This document shows positions 19,462 through 28,013 of a DNA stretch of 43,669 bases, piece after piece (position 1 is the stretch's first letter; the number at the start of each line of letters is the position of its first letter). The notes below the pieces were generated by a model. It worked only from the letters and a program-made list of their open reading frames with translations. It searched no databases and was not told where the DNA came from. This stretch comes from a virus (taxonomy: Duplodnaviria; Caudoviricetes), in IMG/VR virus record IMGVR_UViG_3300037483_000168, positions 1-43,669 of that record; one strand, given 5' to 3'. The translations under genes and the position numbers were made by a program.

Positions 19462-19946
19462 CACAATTAAGTAAATCAGCTATCGTTACAAAATTTAACG
19501 ATGCGTCAACAGGAATATTCAAAACCGGGCAAAGTCGTGGGATCGGATCTGATGACATGCGAACTCTAATAACGGATCTTACCGATTCGTTATTCAATAT
19601 AATTACTGATGCACTACCAGTATCCGCTGACACCTCAGGCGCAACTATAACGCTAAACTTTTCAAATAATGCTGCGCCTACCTTCTTCGGGTCCGCTTCA
19701 TTCGCCACCGCAAAAGCAATAGCACACAGCAACGATGCGAATGGCGCTAAGTATTCATTTCATTTCCAAATCACCGATCCAGACGCAAAACTAACCTTCC
19801 CGGCCGCATACATAATGTCAGACGTTCGATGGGAAGCTGTTAACCCGCAGGAGTGGGAACCGGCAGATATTGGAAAGTATAAAGCTACCGCCACGTACGA
19901 CGGCACGAACTGGTGGTTAGAAATATCGGCCTCACCTTACGTATAA
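19458..19946 (+). CDS. Putative fibre adaptor/short tail fibre
   Basis: N-terminal helical G.I...D.R.LI.DL.DS motif; C-terminal beta domain ending YDGTNW. Confidence 0.55.
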   Translation: MTQLSKSAIVTKFNDASTGIFKTGQSRGIGSDDMRTLITDLTDSLFNIITDALPVSADTSGATITLNFSNNAAPTFFGSASFATAKAIAHSNDANGAKYSFHFQITDPDAKLTFPAAYIMSDVRWEAVNPQEWEPADIGKYKATATYDGTNWWLEISASPYV

Positions 19947-19951
19947 AATCT

Positions 19952-20278
19952 ATGAACATAATATTTTCACTCGCAGGCATTTTTATTTGGTCTTTCGCGC
20001 ACTTCTACTTTCTGAAAAATCAGAAGGATAAAACTAAGGAGAAGATAAACTATGGTGAATATCTCGCTGATCGTTGGGATGACTGGGTATGGTGCGTCCT
20101 ATGGGCAGGCGTGCTATTGGTAATTGGTCACTATGGCTTAGGGATGGAGTTTTTGAAGGCATTCGATGAAGATCTGCAATGGTCTGATCTGTGGTACTTC
20201 GCATCTGGACCAGCCTCGATGATGGCCACGAAAGCGTACGAGGAAATAAATGACAGGTTCAAATCTAAGAGTGTATGA
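19952..20278 (+). CDS. Membrane protein, holin candidate
   Basis: At least two hydrophobic segments and a charged C-terminus; ATG at 19952 preferred to 19913. Confidence 0.5.
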   Translation: MNIIFSLAGIFIWSFAHFYFLKNQKDKTKEKINYGEYLADRWDDWVWCVLWAGVLLVIGHYGLGMEFLKAFDEDLQWSDLWYFASGPASMMATKAYEEINDRFKSKSV

Positions 20279-22254
20279 AAAAACTACTTTCAATATTATT
20301 CGCTCTGATTTCGTTCGCGGCGTTCGCGCAACCTGGTAGTATATCACAAAGTGTGATACGGTCGAGGGTGAATGATTCGTCCACAGTTAACGGCGCTACA
20401 GCTTCCGGCTACGGCTACTTTTTCTGGAACAATCAAAAGGCAGTTCCATCCTGGCAGTTTTGGGACGGAACTTCATTGGTTAATTGGAATCCGTCAACCA
20501 GTGGCGCGGTAACTTCAGTCTTCGGGAGAACAGGCGTAATAACCGGTCAGGCTGGAGACTATACGGCGGACGAAGTAACTAACATACCAGCCGGAACCAT
20601 CGCAGCTACAGAGGTACAGGCAGCGATCAATGAATTAGATGCAGAGAAACAGGTAACCCTTGTATCTGCAACCAATATTAAAACTATTAATGGAACTACA
20701 TTATTAGGATCTGGAGATTTAGTGGTCGGCTCATCAAGCACCTTAACGTTGAACGTTCAAGCTGCAAGTTACACCTTGCAGCTTACAGATCAAACTTCTC
20801 TAACTGAGGTAGTGATGAATGTAGGAACTGCAAATAATTTAACAGTCCCTCCTAATTCATCAGTGGCGTTTCCGATCGGGACTCAGATACTTGTTAGACA
20901 GACCGGTGCCGGTCTCACTACTTTTGTTCAGGGATCTGGAGTTACTATAGTAAGTAGTTCCGGAGGATTGACAATGCCCGGACAGAATTACTCGGCACTT
21001 CTTATAAAAACGGGGACGGATACTTGGAGTCTTGATAATGGGGCACCTGCCTTAATTGCCTCCGATATTACAACGGCTTTGACCTTTACCCCGTGGTCTA
21101 CCACCGGAACGACTAATGTCACGACACCGACAATAACGCAGACTCTTGCGGGTTCAGGTACTACAAAATTCCTGACATTAACAGCAGCAGCCCACACTGG
21201 ACAGACTGCCAGCACCGAGCTGACCGACCTTGATTTTGATCTAAAGGCCATTAATACTTTTAGCGCCGGCGCCCTGACTCTTAACAGGAGTGTATTAATT
21301 CAGCCCCGGACTTTGGCATTTTCCTCAGCTTCGACGGTTACTGACGCCTATACGCTTTACGTTGGAACAGCGGCCAATACTTCAGGCGCTCCGATTGCCG
21401 GAACCAATGCAACGATAACAAACGCATACGCACTCGGTGCAAAAACTACTTCATCATCTTTTGTTATCAGAAATACTCTGGCTAACTTTTCAAAATTCGG
21501 AGGCACCGGTTTAGTAATTCAAAACGGATCTATAGTCCTTTCAAACAGTGCCTCCGATCCAACATTAAGTAATACTATTCAAGTTGGAACTGTTAGCAAC
21601 GTGAATTCAATTACAAGCGCTTCTAGCAGTAATCCGATTACTTATAGTTCGGTGGCTCATACTCAAACTAGCGGCGCGTTTGTTCCTCATAATTTTGTTG
21701 CCGGTGTTGGCCCCACAAGCGGGACAGCATCCTATAAATATATGTCTATTAACGGGACGACTAATCAAACTGGTGGCGCGAATGGTAACGTAACTATACT
21801 AGCCGTTGAGCCAACATGGACGGCAGCGGGAGGCATACCAATTGGTATAGATTATAATCCAACGGGAACACCAGCTAATCACAGAGCATTAGTAATAAGA
21901 CCTACGGACGCCGTAAGCGGTTTTGCAACTGGTTCAACATTGCCAAATTCAACAGTGCAGGTTAATGGATCATTTTCAACCGCATACGTAGCAAAAACAG
22001 GAACGTATACTTTAACCTCATTAGATTATGTTGTAGAAGTTACTTCTGGAACGCATACGCAAACATTACCTACAGCGGTAGGTATTACCGGAAGGATTTA
22101 TGTAATAACTAATAGTGGCGCCGGTGTAGTTACGGTTGGTACAACTTCAAGCCAAACATTTATCAATGTTACAGCTACACCGACAACATTAACTTTAAAT
22201 CAATTCGAAACAGCTACCGTTACTTCGAATGGCGCAAACTGGCTAAGATTATGA
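20275..22254 (+). CDS. Tail-fibre-like protein with an N-terminal Sec signal peptide
   Basis: MKKLLSILFALISFAAFA|Q; fibre motifs VTSVFGRTG, ATEVQAAINEL, TNIKTINGTTLLGSGD; Thr/Gly/Ser-rich. Confidence 0.7.
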   Translation: MKKLLSILFALISFAAFAQPGSISQSVIRSRVNDSSTVNGATASGYGYFFWNNQKAVPSWQFWDGTSLVNWNPSTSGAVTSVFGRTGVITGQAGDYTADEVTNIPAGTIAATEVQAAINELDAEKQVTLVSATNIKTINGTTLLGSGDLVVGSSSTLTLNVQAASYTLQLTDQTSLTEVVMNVGTANNLTVPPNSSVAFPIGTQILVRQTGAGLTTFVQGSGVTIVSSSGGLTMPGQNYSALLIKTGTDTWSLDNGAPALIASDITTALTFTPWSTTGTTNVTTPTITQTLAGSGTTKFLTLTAAAHTGQTASTELTDLDFDLKAINTFSAGALTLNRSVLIQPRTLAFSSASTVTDAYTLYVGTAANTSGAPIAGTNATITNAYALGAKTTSSSFVIRNTLANFSKFGGTGLVIQNGSIVLSNSASDPTLSNTIQVGTVSNVNSITSASSSNPITYSSVAHTQTSGAFVPHNFVAGVGPTSGTASYKYMSINGTTNQTGGANGNVTILAVEPTWTAAGGIPIGIDYNPTGTPANHRALVIRPTDAVSGFATGSTLPNSTVQVNGSFSTAYVAKTGTYTLTSLDYVVEVTSGTHTQTLPTAVGITGRIYVITNSGAGVVTVGTTSSQTFINVTATPTTLTLNQFETATVTSNGANWLRL

Positions 22255-23528
22255 GCATATTTCCAAGTCCAATTTTAGGAAGGCCCGGTAAAGGACAGGC
22301 AGGGCCGATAAACCCTAAAAGGTTAGCAAACCTTGAATGGTTATTTGATATGACAGACAATAGCACGGTAAGCCAAAGCGGCGGACTTCTTACCCAACTA
22401 CTCGATAAATCTGGGCAAGGTAATCACAGCGTTCCAACAGGTACACAAAGAGGAACCGTTGCAATTGATGCAACTACCGGAAAGCAAGTTTTGGAGCTTA
22501 ATGGTTCATCTAACTTTCTGCCATTGACAAGCGAAAACACGCTTACAGATTTTACTTTGATTTTGGTTATTAAAAGCACTGAACTAGAAGCACTCAAAGT
22601 AATAGCATCCAGCACTACTAACAGTGATTACATAGCTACATCCGGAACAAGTTTTGCAGATACTGGCGCCGTTACTCTTAACAATACAACGGATGGATCA
22701 ATTAGCTGGACAAAAGATCAATCGTTACTTGAATATTCTATTTTCATAGTCCGAAAAAAGGCAGGCCTAACATTACGGCAGCAAATAAATGCAAGAGATT
22801 CATTCCGTCTTGTTACATCGGCTACGTTTTCACAGCAAAAAATAGGTCAACTTTTTCGACAGAATTCAGGTGATTATATGCTAGGCGGATTTGCTGGCGG
22901 TTGTCTATTCTCTTCTTATAAATCAGATGTTGAAGTATTAGGGATGGTTAAACACTTTTATGTTAATCACGGGCTTTCCGGAGTGCCACGGAAAAATCTA
23001 TTCCTTGGGGACTCGATCACTAATTTTTCTGGCGATGCCTTTCATCTACAGGTAAGCGTTGCTGAAGGTAGAAGATCTGTAATGTGTGGTGTTAACGGAA
23101 CAACCGTTCAGGCGAATGGTACAGGTATAAGCTTCCTGGATCGATACTTGAATTTTTTCTCAGAATACCCATACGATAATTTCCATACAATATTAGGCGG
23201 CGCTAATGACATTAATTCATCCTTATCAGCTTCGGGATTTGAGGCAGCGATGGATGCAATTGTGGTTGGAATGATAGCCCAGGGAACGCCAGCTCAGAAC
23301 ATAAGGATAGGAGGAGGGCCCTATAGAATGACTGATAGTCTAGCGTCCACATGTCTTGACTTTCAAGCCAGAACTATAACCGTAGCCACGAACAGGGGTA
23401 CAAAAAAATTCTCACCGTACACTAAGTTTAAAGATGGCGGGGCTGATACATGGATGAACGATACACTGCACGCCAATCAGACCGGACATGATGATGGATT
23501 TACACCAGAAATTTTAGCCGCTTCTTAA
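22251..23528 (+). CDS. LamG/concanavalin-like domain fused to an SGNH/GDSL esterase
   Basis: N-terminal ..DKSGQGNH lectin-like domain; SGNH blocks FLGDSIT, GVNG, LGGAND, DTLHAN. Confidence 0.8.
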   Translation: MSIFPSPILGRPGKGQAGPINPKRLANLEWLFDMTDNSTVSQSGGLLTQLLDKSGQGNHSVPTGTQRGTVAIDATTGKQVLELNGSSNFLPLTSENTLTDFTLILVIKSTELEALKVIASSTTNSDYIATSGTSFADTGAVTLNNTTDGSISWTKDQSLLEYSIFIVRKKAGLTLRQQINARDSFRLVTSATFSQQKIGQLFRQNSGDYMLGGFAGGCLFSSYKSDVEVLGMVKHFYVNHGLSGVPRKNLFLGDSITNFSGDAFHLQVSVAEGRRSVMCGVNGTTVQANGTGISFLDRYLNFFSEYPYDNFHTILGGANDINSSLSASGFEAAMDAIVVGMIAQGTPAQNIRIGGGPYRMTDSLASTCLDFQARTITVATNRGTKKFSPYTKFKDGGADTWMNDTLHANQTGHDDGFTPEILAAS

Positions 23529-23569
23529 AACAAAACGAGCATGAAACTCAACTTCAAAAAAGCAGTCGA

Positions 23570-24322
23570 ATGAAAACCGAATTTCTTCACGATCAAATGA
23601 TCGGCACGCGTCCGGTTGACTTACTGAAAGTAACAGGTAAGCCAACCAGCAACTGCATGCTATTCTTTCACGGCACAGGTCAGCTGGGACCCTCAGACGG
23701 TTCACAGATAGAAGAACTTGACGACTACGGTTACCAAAAGTTTGCCTCGATATTTGAATGTGATTTCGACATCATCGCCCCGCAAGCTCAAAAGTCATAC
23801 AGTGAGTTCGATGAAAACATTATCGATTACCTGATCAGCCTGGGGTACAGCAAAATTTTCATAGCAGGCTTCAGTCTCGGTGGTCAGGAGACTATGGGAT
23901 GGATAATGAAATACAACAAAAGGGACGGCAAAGGCAAGATCGTAGGATTTCTTCCAGTTGCCGGGCAGATGCTGTGGCCGCTTATTGAGAATGCCTGCGA
24001 GGCAGTTGACATGCCGGTAATGGCTGTGCATGGAGACAGCGATACGGCAATCGGATGGACGCAATCCAGTAACCTGATCAAGCTTCTGAAGTCATGCCCC
24101 ACAAGAAAAAGCCCTGCGGTGTTACGGCTTGTTCCTGGATTAGGACACACGCAAACAGCAAATTGGGCGTTCACCCCGGATAAAAACCACGAGGTCTACA
24201 AGTTCATTATGAGCTGCTTCACTCCGAAGATAAAAGAAATACTCGGCCGCTTGGTATTGGAAGACGGAAAAGTTATCGTTAAATTCGATAACGGAACGTC
24301 TGAGGAGTTAATGACGATGTAA
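23570..24322 (+). CDS. Alpha/beta-hydrolase (esterase/peptidase)
   Basis: FFHGTGQ, GFSLGG nucleophile elbow, HGDSD, GLGH. Confidence 0.85.
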   Translation: MKTEFLHDQMIGTRPVDLLKVTGKPTSNCMLFFHGTGQLGPSDGSQIEELDDYGYQKFASIFECDFDIIAPQAQKSYSEFDENIIDYLISLGYSKIFIAGFSLGGQETMGWIMKYNKRDGKGKIVGFLPVAGQMLWPLIENACEAVDMPVMAVHGDSDTAIGWTQSSNLIKLLKSCPTRKSPAVLRLVPGLGHTQTANWAFTPDKNHEVYKFIMSCFTPKIKEILGRLVLEDGKVIVKFDNGTSEELMTM

Positions 24323-24358
24323 ATGGTATATAGTCCTTAAAATTATAAATGCGATAGC

Positions 24359-25012
24359 ATGAACGAAACGCTTTTGATCGGCATGGATTATTTATGGAAA
24401 GGCGAAAGCAATTACCTATGGCTACTGGACGCTGGCCACGGTGGCATGGACGATAACGGTTATCGAACAGCACCCGCAAAGATGTTCAAGTTTCCGTCTT
24501 TCACTATTTACGAGGGTGTTATCAATAGGTCGATCACTGATATTATTGTCCAGGAATTAAGAAAGATGCAGATTGATTTCGCGATTGTCAGCGACGAAAC
24601 CGAGGACACTAAGTTATCAACCCGCGTCTCCCGGGCCGATGCCGCATACGCTAAGGATAAGCGTTGTGTGTATCTATCCATCCATAGTAATGCTGGCGGC
24701 GGATCCGGGTTTGAGATATTCACTTCCCCAGGCCAGAGCAAGAGCGATAAAGTTGCTAACATATTCTGTGAGGTGTATCAGAAACATTTTCCGCAGTTTC
24801 CTTTCAGAAGCGATAAGTCAGACGGGGATGATGACAAACAGGAAAATTTCTACATTTTAAGGAAAACGGATTGCCCAGCTCTCTTAGTGGAGAATTTGTT
24901 TTTTGATAATTTGAAAGAGGCAGAATTTCTAATAAGCAAAGAAGGACAGAAAGCGATAGCTGAGTGCATTTTGGAAGCAATAAAAACAGTCGAGCAGTTG
25001 CGCCCGATATAA
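24359..25012 (+). CDS. Endolysin, N-acetylmuramoyl-L-alanine amidase (Amidase_3)
   Basis: LDAGHGG, YE..IN, LSIHSNA, PALLVENLFFDN..E. Confidence 0.93.
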   Translation: MNETLLIGMDYLWKGESNYLWLLDAGHGGMDDNGYRTAPAKMFKFPSFTIYEGVINRSITDIIVQELRKMQIDFAIVSDETEDTKLSTRVSRADAAYAKDKRCVYLSIHSNAGGGSGFEIFTSPGQSKSDKVANIFCEVYQKHFPQFPFRSDKSDGDDDKQENFYILRKTDCPALLVENLFFDNLKEAEFLISKEGQKAIAECILEAIKTVEQLRPI

Positions 25013-25038
25013 TTTAACTTTAAAAAAACAAAAAAACC

Positions 25039-25326
25039 ATGGAAAAAACATTAGACATTACAGAGGTAAAAGGGGCAAAAGCTAACATTTCTGATCTGAA
25101 GGTATTTGGAAATGGTGATCTTTTTCAGCTATTATGCAAGGCCTCATCAAATGATCAGGGGTGGATGAAGAGCACAAAGGCAATGCAGACCCCACACGGC
25201 TGTGTCGTTCAGGTAACAACACAACAGAGAAATATTGATCTTTCTTATTCTGTCGCTGAGGCCCTGACATTTGTTCCTGGCGTTACGATCCTTGTTGATG
25301 CTGACGGAAACAAGTATTTAGGTTAA
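25039..25326 (+). CDS. Hypothetical phage protein
   Basis: Clean ORF with an A-rich leader; LLCKASS..QGWMKSTKAM core. Confidence 0.65.
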   Translation: MEKTLDITEVKGAKANISDLKVFGNGDLFQLLCKASSNDQGWMKSTKAMQTPHGCVVQVTTQQRNIDLSYSVAEALTFVPGVTILVDADGNKYLG

Positions 25327-25329
25327 TAG

Positions 25330-25357
25330 AAAAAGCCAGTGCGCAAAACACTGGCTT
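25330..25357 (-). terminator. Intrinsic terminator (possibly bidirectional)
   Basis: Stem AAGCCAGTG/CACTGGCTT with an A-run on the left (U-tail on the - strand). Confidence 0.75.
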
Positions 25358-25417
25358 CAGTTTCCTTACCGGCTTTCCCGGTTTGAGCTACCTTCGCGAG
25401 CTTGGCGGTATACTGTG

Positions 25418-25449
25418 CAAATTTACACAGTATTGCGGTTATTTCCAAA
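25418..25449 (-). promoter_or_regulatory. Bacteroidota sigma-A-type promoter
   Basis: On the - strand: TTTG (25449-25446), N20, TAAATTTG (25425-25418). Confidence 0.65.
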
Positions 25450-25485
25450 AATGGAAAGACCCGCCACTCGTTTGCAGCGGGTCTT
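25447..25485 (-). terminator. Intrinsic terminator-like hairpin
   Basis: Stem AAGACCCGC/GCGGGTCTT followed by UCCAUUUUU on the - strand. Confidence 0.55.
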
Positions 25486-25537
25486 CACCGGAACCCCAAT
25501 TGACCCGTTCATACGGTTCTTCTTGAAGTGCAAATAT

Positions 25538-25570
25538 AAAAAAGCCTCCCGTAACCAAAAAACAGGAGGC
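25538..25570 (-). terminator. Terminator after the XRE-HTH gene, abutting a -7 promoter box TATATTTG (25538-25531)
   Basis: Stem GCCTCC/GGAGGC followed by a U-run on the - strand. Confidence 0.6.
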
Positions 25571-25602
25571 CTAAAACACATGAGAGAAATAAAAATGCTG
25601 CG

Positions 25603-25815
25603 CTAAGATACATCTATTTTCATTCCGAAAACACTGGCGTAGTTTTCCAGGAGGTCGAAGCCAAACGACCAGTTTCTGTTCTCGATCTTACTGACCGTCT
25701 GCGAGGCAATGCCGGTTTTTTCAGCGACGTACTGCTGAGTCATCCCGTGCTCCTCGCGTAATGCCCGAAGGCGCGCGCCTATGCGGGCGCGTGCTTCGAG
25801 TTGGGGATGGGCATT
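25603..25815 (-). CDS. XRE/Cro-C1 helix-turn-helix regulator with no in-frame upstream ATG (missed by the ORF track; possibly frameshifted)
   Basis: Translates as ..ARIGARLRALREEHGMTQQYVAEKTGIASQTVSKIENRNWSFGFDLLENYASVFGMKIDVS*. Confidence 0.75.
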   Translation of the reverse strand, partial: NAHPQLEARARIGARLRALREEHGMTQQYVAEKTGIASQTVSKIENRNWSFGFDLLENYASVFGMKIDVS

Positions 25816-25896
25816 TTATTTGACGTTTTCATAATCTTTTCGCGGAGTTTATCGAGCTGATATTTATTGATTTATTTTCAAAACAGATAAATAAGC

Positions 25897-26247
25897 TCAA
25901 AAACGCACTTTTTCATAGGTAACAATCTCGCTTATTAGAGCTACATTTTCGTACTCTACCTCCCCGGTTACCGCGTTAATCAGATTGCGATGCTCTGAAA
26001 GAAAATGCTTTTCTGGCGTTACGAATCGGACTGTATCGCCAGATTGGCGGGTCACCAGGATCCATACCCTCAACGTGGAGCTGAACGCATAGTACGATCG
26101 GTCTTGGTTCATACGAACATGGTACTTGAATAATACAGGCACTCTCCGGGCCTCTCCTGTAGGCTTACGATTACCCTTCCTGAGCACCAGGGTAATAACC
26201 AGGATGATCAGGAGAAGGCAGAGGATTAAGGCTATGAGATTCTTCAT
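25897..26247 (-). CDS. Membrane-anchored hypothetical protein
   Basis: N-terminal TM segment LIALILCLLLIILVITLVL. Confidence 0.6.
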   Translation of the reverse strand: MKNLIALILCLLLIILVITLVLRKGNRKPTGEARRVPVLFKYHVRMNQDRSYYAFSSTLRVWILVTRQSGDTVRFVTPEKHFLSEHRNLINAVTGEVEYENVALISEIVTYEKVRF

Positions 26248-26375
26248 TTTTCAGAATTCAGTTTCTTAACTTGGTCAACCTTAGACACACGAACACGTAT
26301 AACGACCGTGGGCTCGGTAGTTTTCTTTCTACCGGCTCCTTCGCGTTTGCCTCCGCGTTGTTTTTTCTTCTTCAT
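26244..26375 (-). CDS. Small DNA-binding protein (RGGKREGAGRK basic motif plus RHH-like strand), not in ORF track
   Basis: MKKKKQRGGKREGAGRKKTTEPTVVIRVRVSKVDQVKKLNSEK*; ATGA overlaps on both sides. Confidence 0.7.
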   Translation of the reverse strand: MKKKKQRGGKREGAGRKKTTEPTVVIRVRVSKVDQVKKLNSEK

Positions 26376-26620
26376 AATTCATCGAATGGTATAAGGTCCT
26401 TTATTGGTTTCATCTGCTCAGAAGTGTTATAATAGTCTTTCCAGTGAGCTTTTTTGCCCTTCACCTGTGCCAGTTGTTCACGGAAATACTTAATCTGGCT
26501 TATGGCTGTTTTCAATGCTTCATGCTCTAACATGGAGTGTTCCTCCATAGCGTTCAATATTGATTGCTTTGTGCCAACACCCTCGACGTGCTTAAAAAAT
26601 AGATCTTCTGCGGTTACCAT
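26372..26620 (-). CDS. Hypothetical protein
   Basis: Coupled within the - strand operon. Confidence 0.55.
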   Translation of the reverse strand: MVTAEDLFFKHVEGVGTKQSILNAMEEHSMLEHEALKTAISQIKYFREQLAQVKGKKAHWKDYYNTSEQMKPIKDLIPFDEL

Positions 26621-27030
26621 GATTTACCGGATTTGGCTAAAAAAGATTTACGTTGTGACAAGGTTTCTGATATTTTCTGATCGCACCATTCCGCTGGATA
26701 CTTTCCGGCTGATTTAAACTGCTCCATTCGGAGGATGCTACGCTCCCAGCCATTCAAGGGCTTGTTCCTGGATTGCTTTTTAGCAATTAGCAGCATGACC
26801 CTGGTTTTATCGCACTTTTTTATTCGCCCGGTCATGGCCTCGAAGCATCCAGCCATAGCCGCACGGCGTTCTCCAAACTCAAACCAGTTGTAAATGTATC
26901 GGCCCTCCGCCCCACAATGGGGACAGGTAGCGCCTGATTCTGGGCCTGTGTCGTTTATACACTCCCAAACAAAAGGTAGTGTGGAGTCCACCTTAATCAC
27001 TTTGTTGGCTGATGCGTATTCGATGATCAT
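26614..27030 (-). CDS. Hypothetical protein with CxxC (possible Zn-binding)
   Basis: CPHCG...GC; first gene after an AT-rich intergenic gap. Confidence 0.6.
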   Translation of the reverse strand: MIIEYASANKVIKVDSTLPFVWECINDTGPESGATCPHCGAEGRYIYNWFEFGERRAAMAGCFEAMTGRIKKCDKTRVMLLIAKKQSRNKPLNGWERSILRMEQFKSAGKYPAEWCDQKISETLSQRKSFLAKSGKSW

Positions 27031-27110
27031 AATCGTTTAGTTTACAGTTAAGTAAATATACGACTAATTTTGAATATTGTTACACAATTCAAAGAATAGT
27101 TTTACCGGAC

Positions 27111-27680
27111 TCACCGCAATATCCTAAACCTAACCAATACCCACATAGCGCCGGCCCCGATGATTAGCCCAGCGAATACCCGCCAGATCATTCCCCATAA
27201 AGTGTATCCGGAGCTAACCCCAACCGCAACTTTTTCAGAAACAAACGGTATTTTGTTGTCTGGTATTTGAAGTGATGCCCTTAAAACGCCATTACGAGAC
27301 ATTACAACAACTTTCACAGGAACGGTATGAATCTTCCCCTGGACTAATACACCGATGCTATCGCTTAAAAGAACCGTAGTGTCGGGGCATATTTCCTTCT
27401 GAAGGTCCTGGACTTTCTTTTTCGTGGCCTTCTTAACGATCTCCCGGCACTTCTCGATCACTCTTACCGTGTCGACTTCCTTCACTACCTCGATCTGCTT
27501 TTCGATCTTCGTTGTCCGGATAGTGTCGTGTACCAAGGTTCGCAGGCTATCGATTGTAGCGCCGTTCTCGATTGCTGAGTTGATCAGTTTACGGGCACGG
27601 TTTAGTTTCCAGGCAGGACCGCAAGAAGTCAGGAAGGCTATCACCAGGGCCATGGCAGCGATGAGGTAGTGGGGCTTCAT
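27111..27680 (-). CDS. Unimolecular spanin-like lipoprotein
   Basis: From ATG 27680: MKPHYLIAAMALVIAFLTSC (lipobox) plus a C-terminal TM segment (LWGMIWRVFAGLIIGAGAMWVLV). Confidence 0.7.
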   Translation of the reverse strand: MKPHYLIAAMALVIAFLTSCGPAWKLNRARKLINSAIENGATIDSLRTLVHDTIRTTKIEKQIEVVKEVDTVRVIEKCREIVKKATKKKVQDLQKEICPDTTVLLSDSIGVLVQGKIHTVPVKVVVMSRNGVLRASLQIPDNKIPFVSEKVAVGVSSGYTLWGMIWRVFAGLIIGAGAMWVLVRFRILR

Positions 27681-28003
27681 AATTTTTTTCCATTGATCAG
27701 GCCGAAGAAATAAGTCATGATGTACGACTTTGTTACCGATGTGTTGCTCCAAGAATGATCCTGGCAAAAGTTGATTACCTGGTAATCTATGCCTGATCCA
27801 GCGTAAAGCGTATAGGTGGTAAATATTTGTTTGGGCTTGCGAAACAGTCGAGCCCAGAAGCCGCGAGTATCATAACAGGACTCTTGCAATAGATATGTAT
27901 TGTTGAAGGTCTGCCGTACTTCCTGAAACAATTCATTCAGGTCTTTGTCTTGAACCTGTGAATATTGCTTCCCTTCGTGCTCTGAAATCCATGTTGTTAT
28001 CAT
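27677..28003 (-). CDS. Hypothetical protein
   Basis: ATGA-coupled to the spanin-like gene. Confidence 0.55.
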   Translation of the reverse strand: MITTWISEHEGKQYSQVQDKDLNELFQEVRQTFNNTYLLQESCYDTRGFWARLFRKPKQIFTTYTLYAGSGIDYQVINFCQDHSWSNTSVTKSYIMTYFFGLINGKKL

Positions 28004-28013
28004 ATCTTCTCGT

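Noticed and set aside
20275-23528. Diversity-generating retroelement acting on the fibre genes
   Set aside because: No reverse transcriptase and no TR/VR repeat pair seen.
287-24762. Many minus-strand ORFs in the late region (e.g. 6373-6831, 7148-7609, 11683-12189, 14044-14466)
   Set aside because: Antisense shadows of well-supported + strand genes, with no motifs.
25415-25606. 63-aa + strand ORF
   Set aside because: Runs across hairpins and promoter boxes with no protein-like features; better explained as non-coding.
27681-27767. N-terminal extension of the spanin-like ORF (likewise 30823-30870 and 37306-37476)
   Set aside because: Each overlaps the upstream gene; downstream ATGs give a proper signal peptide or family start and tight gene packing.
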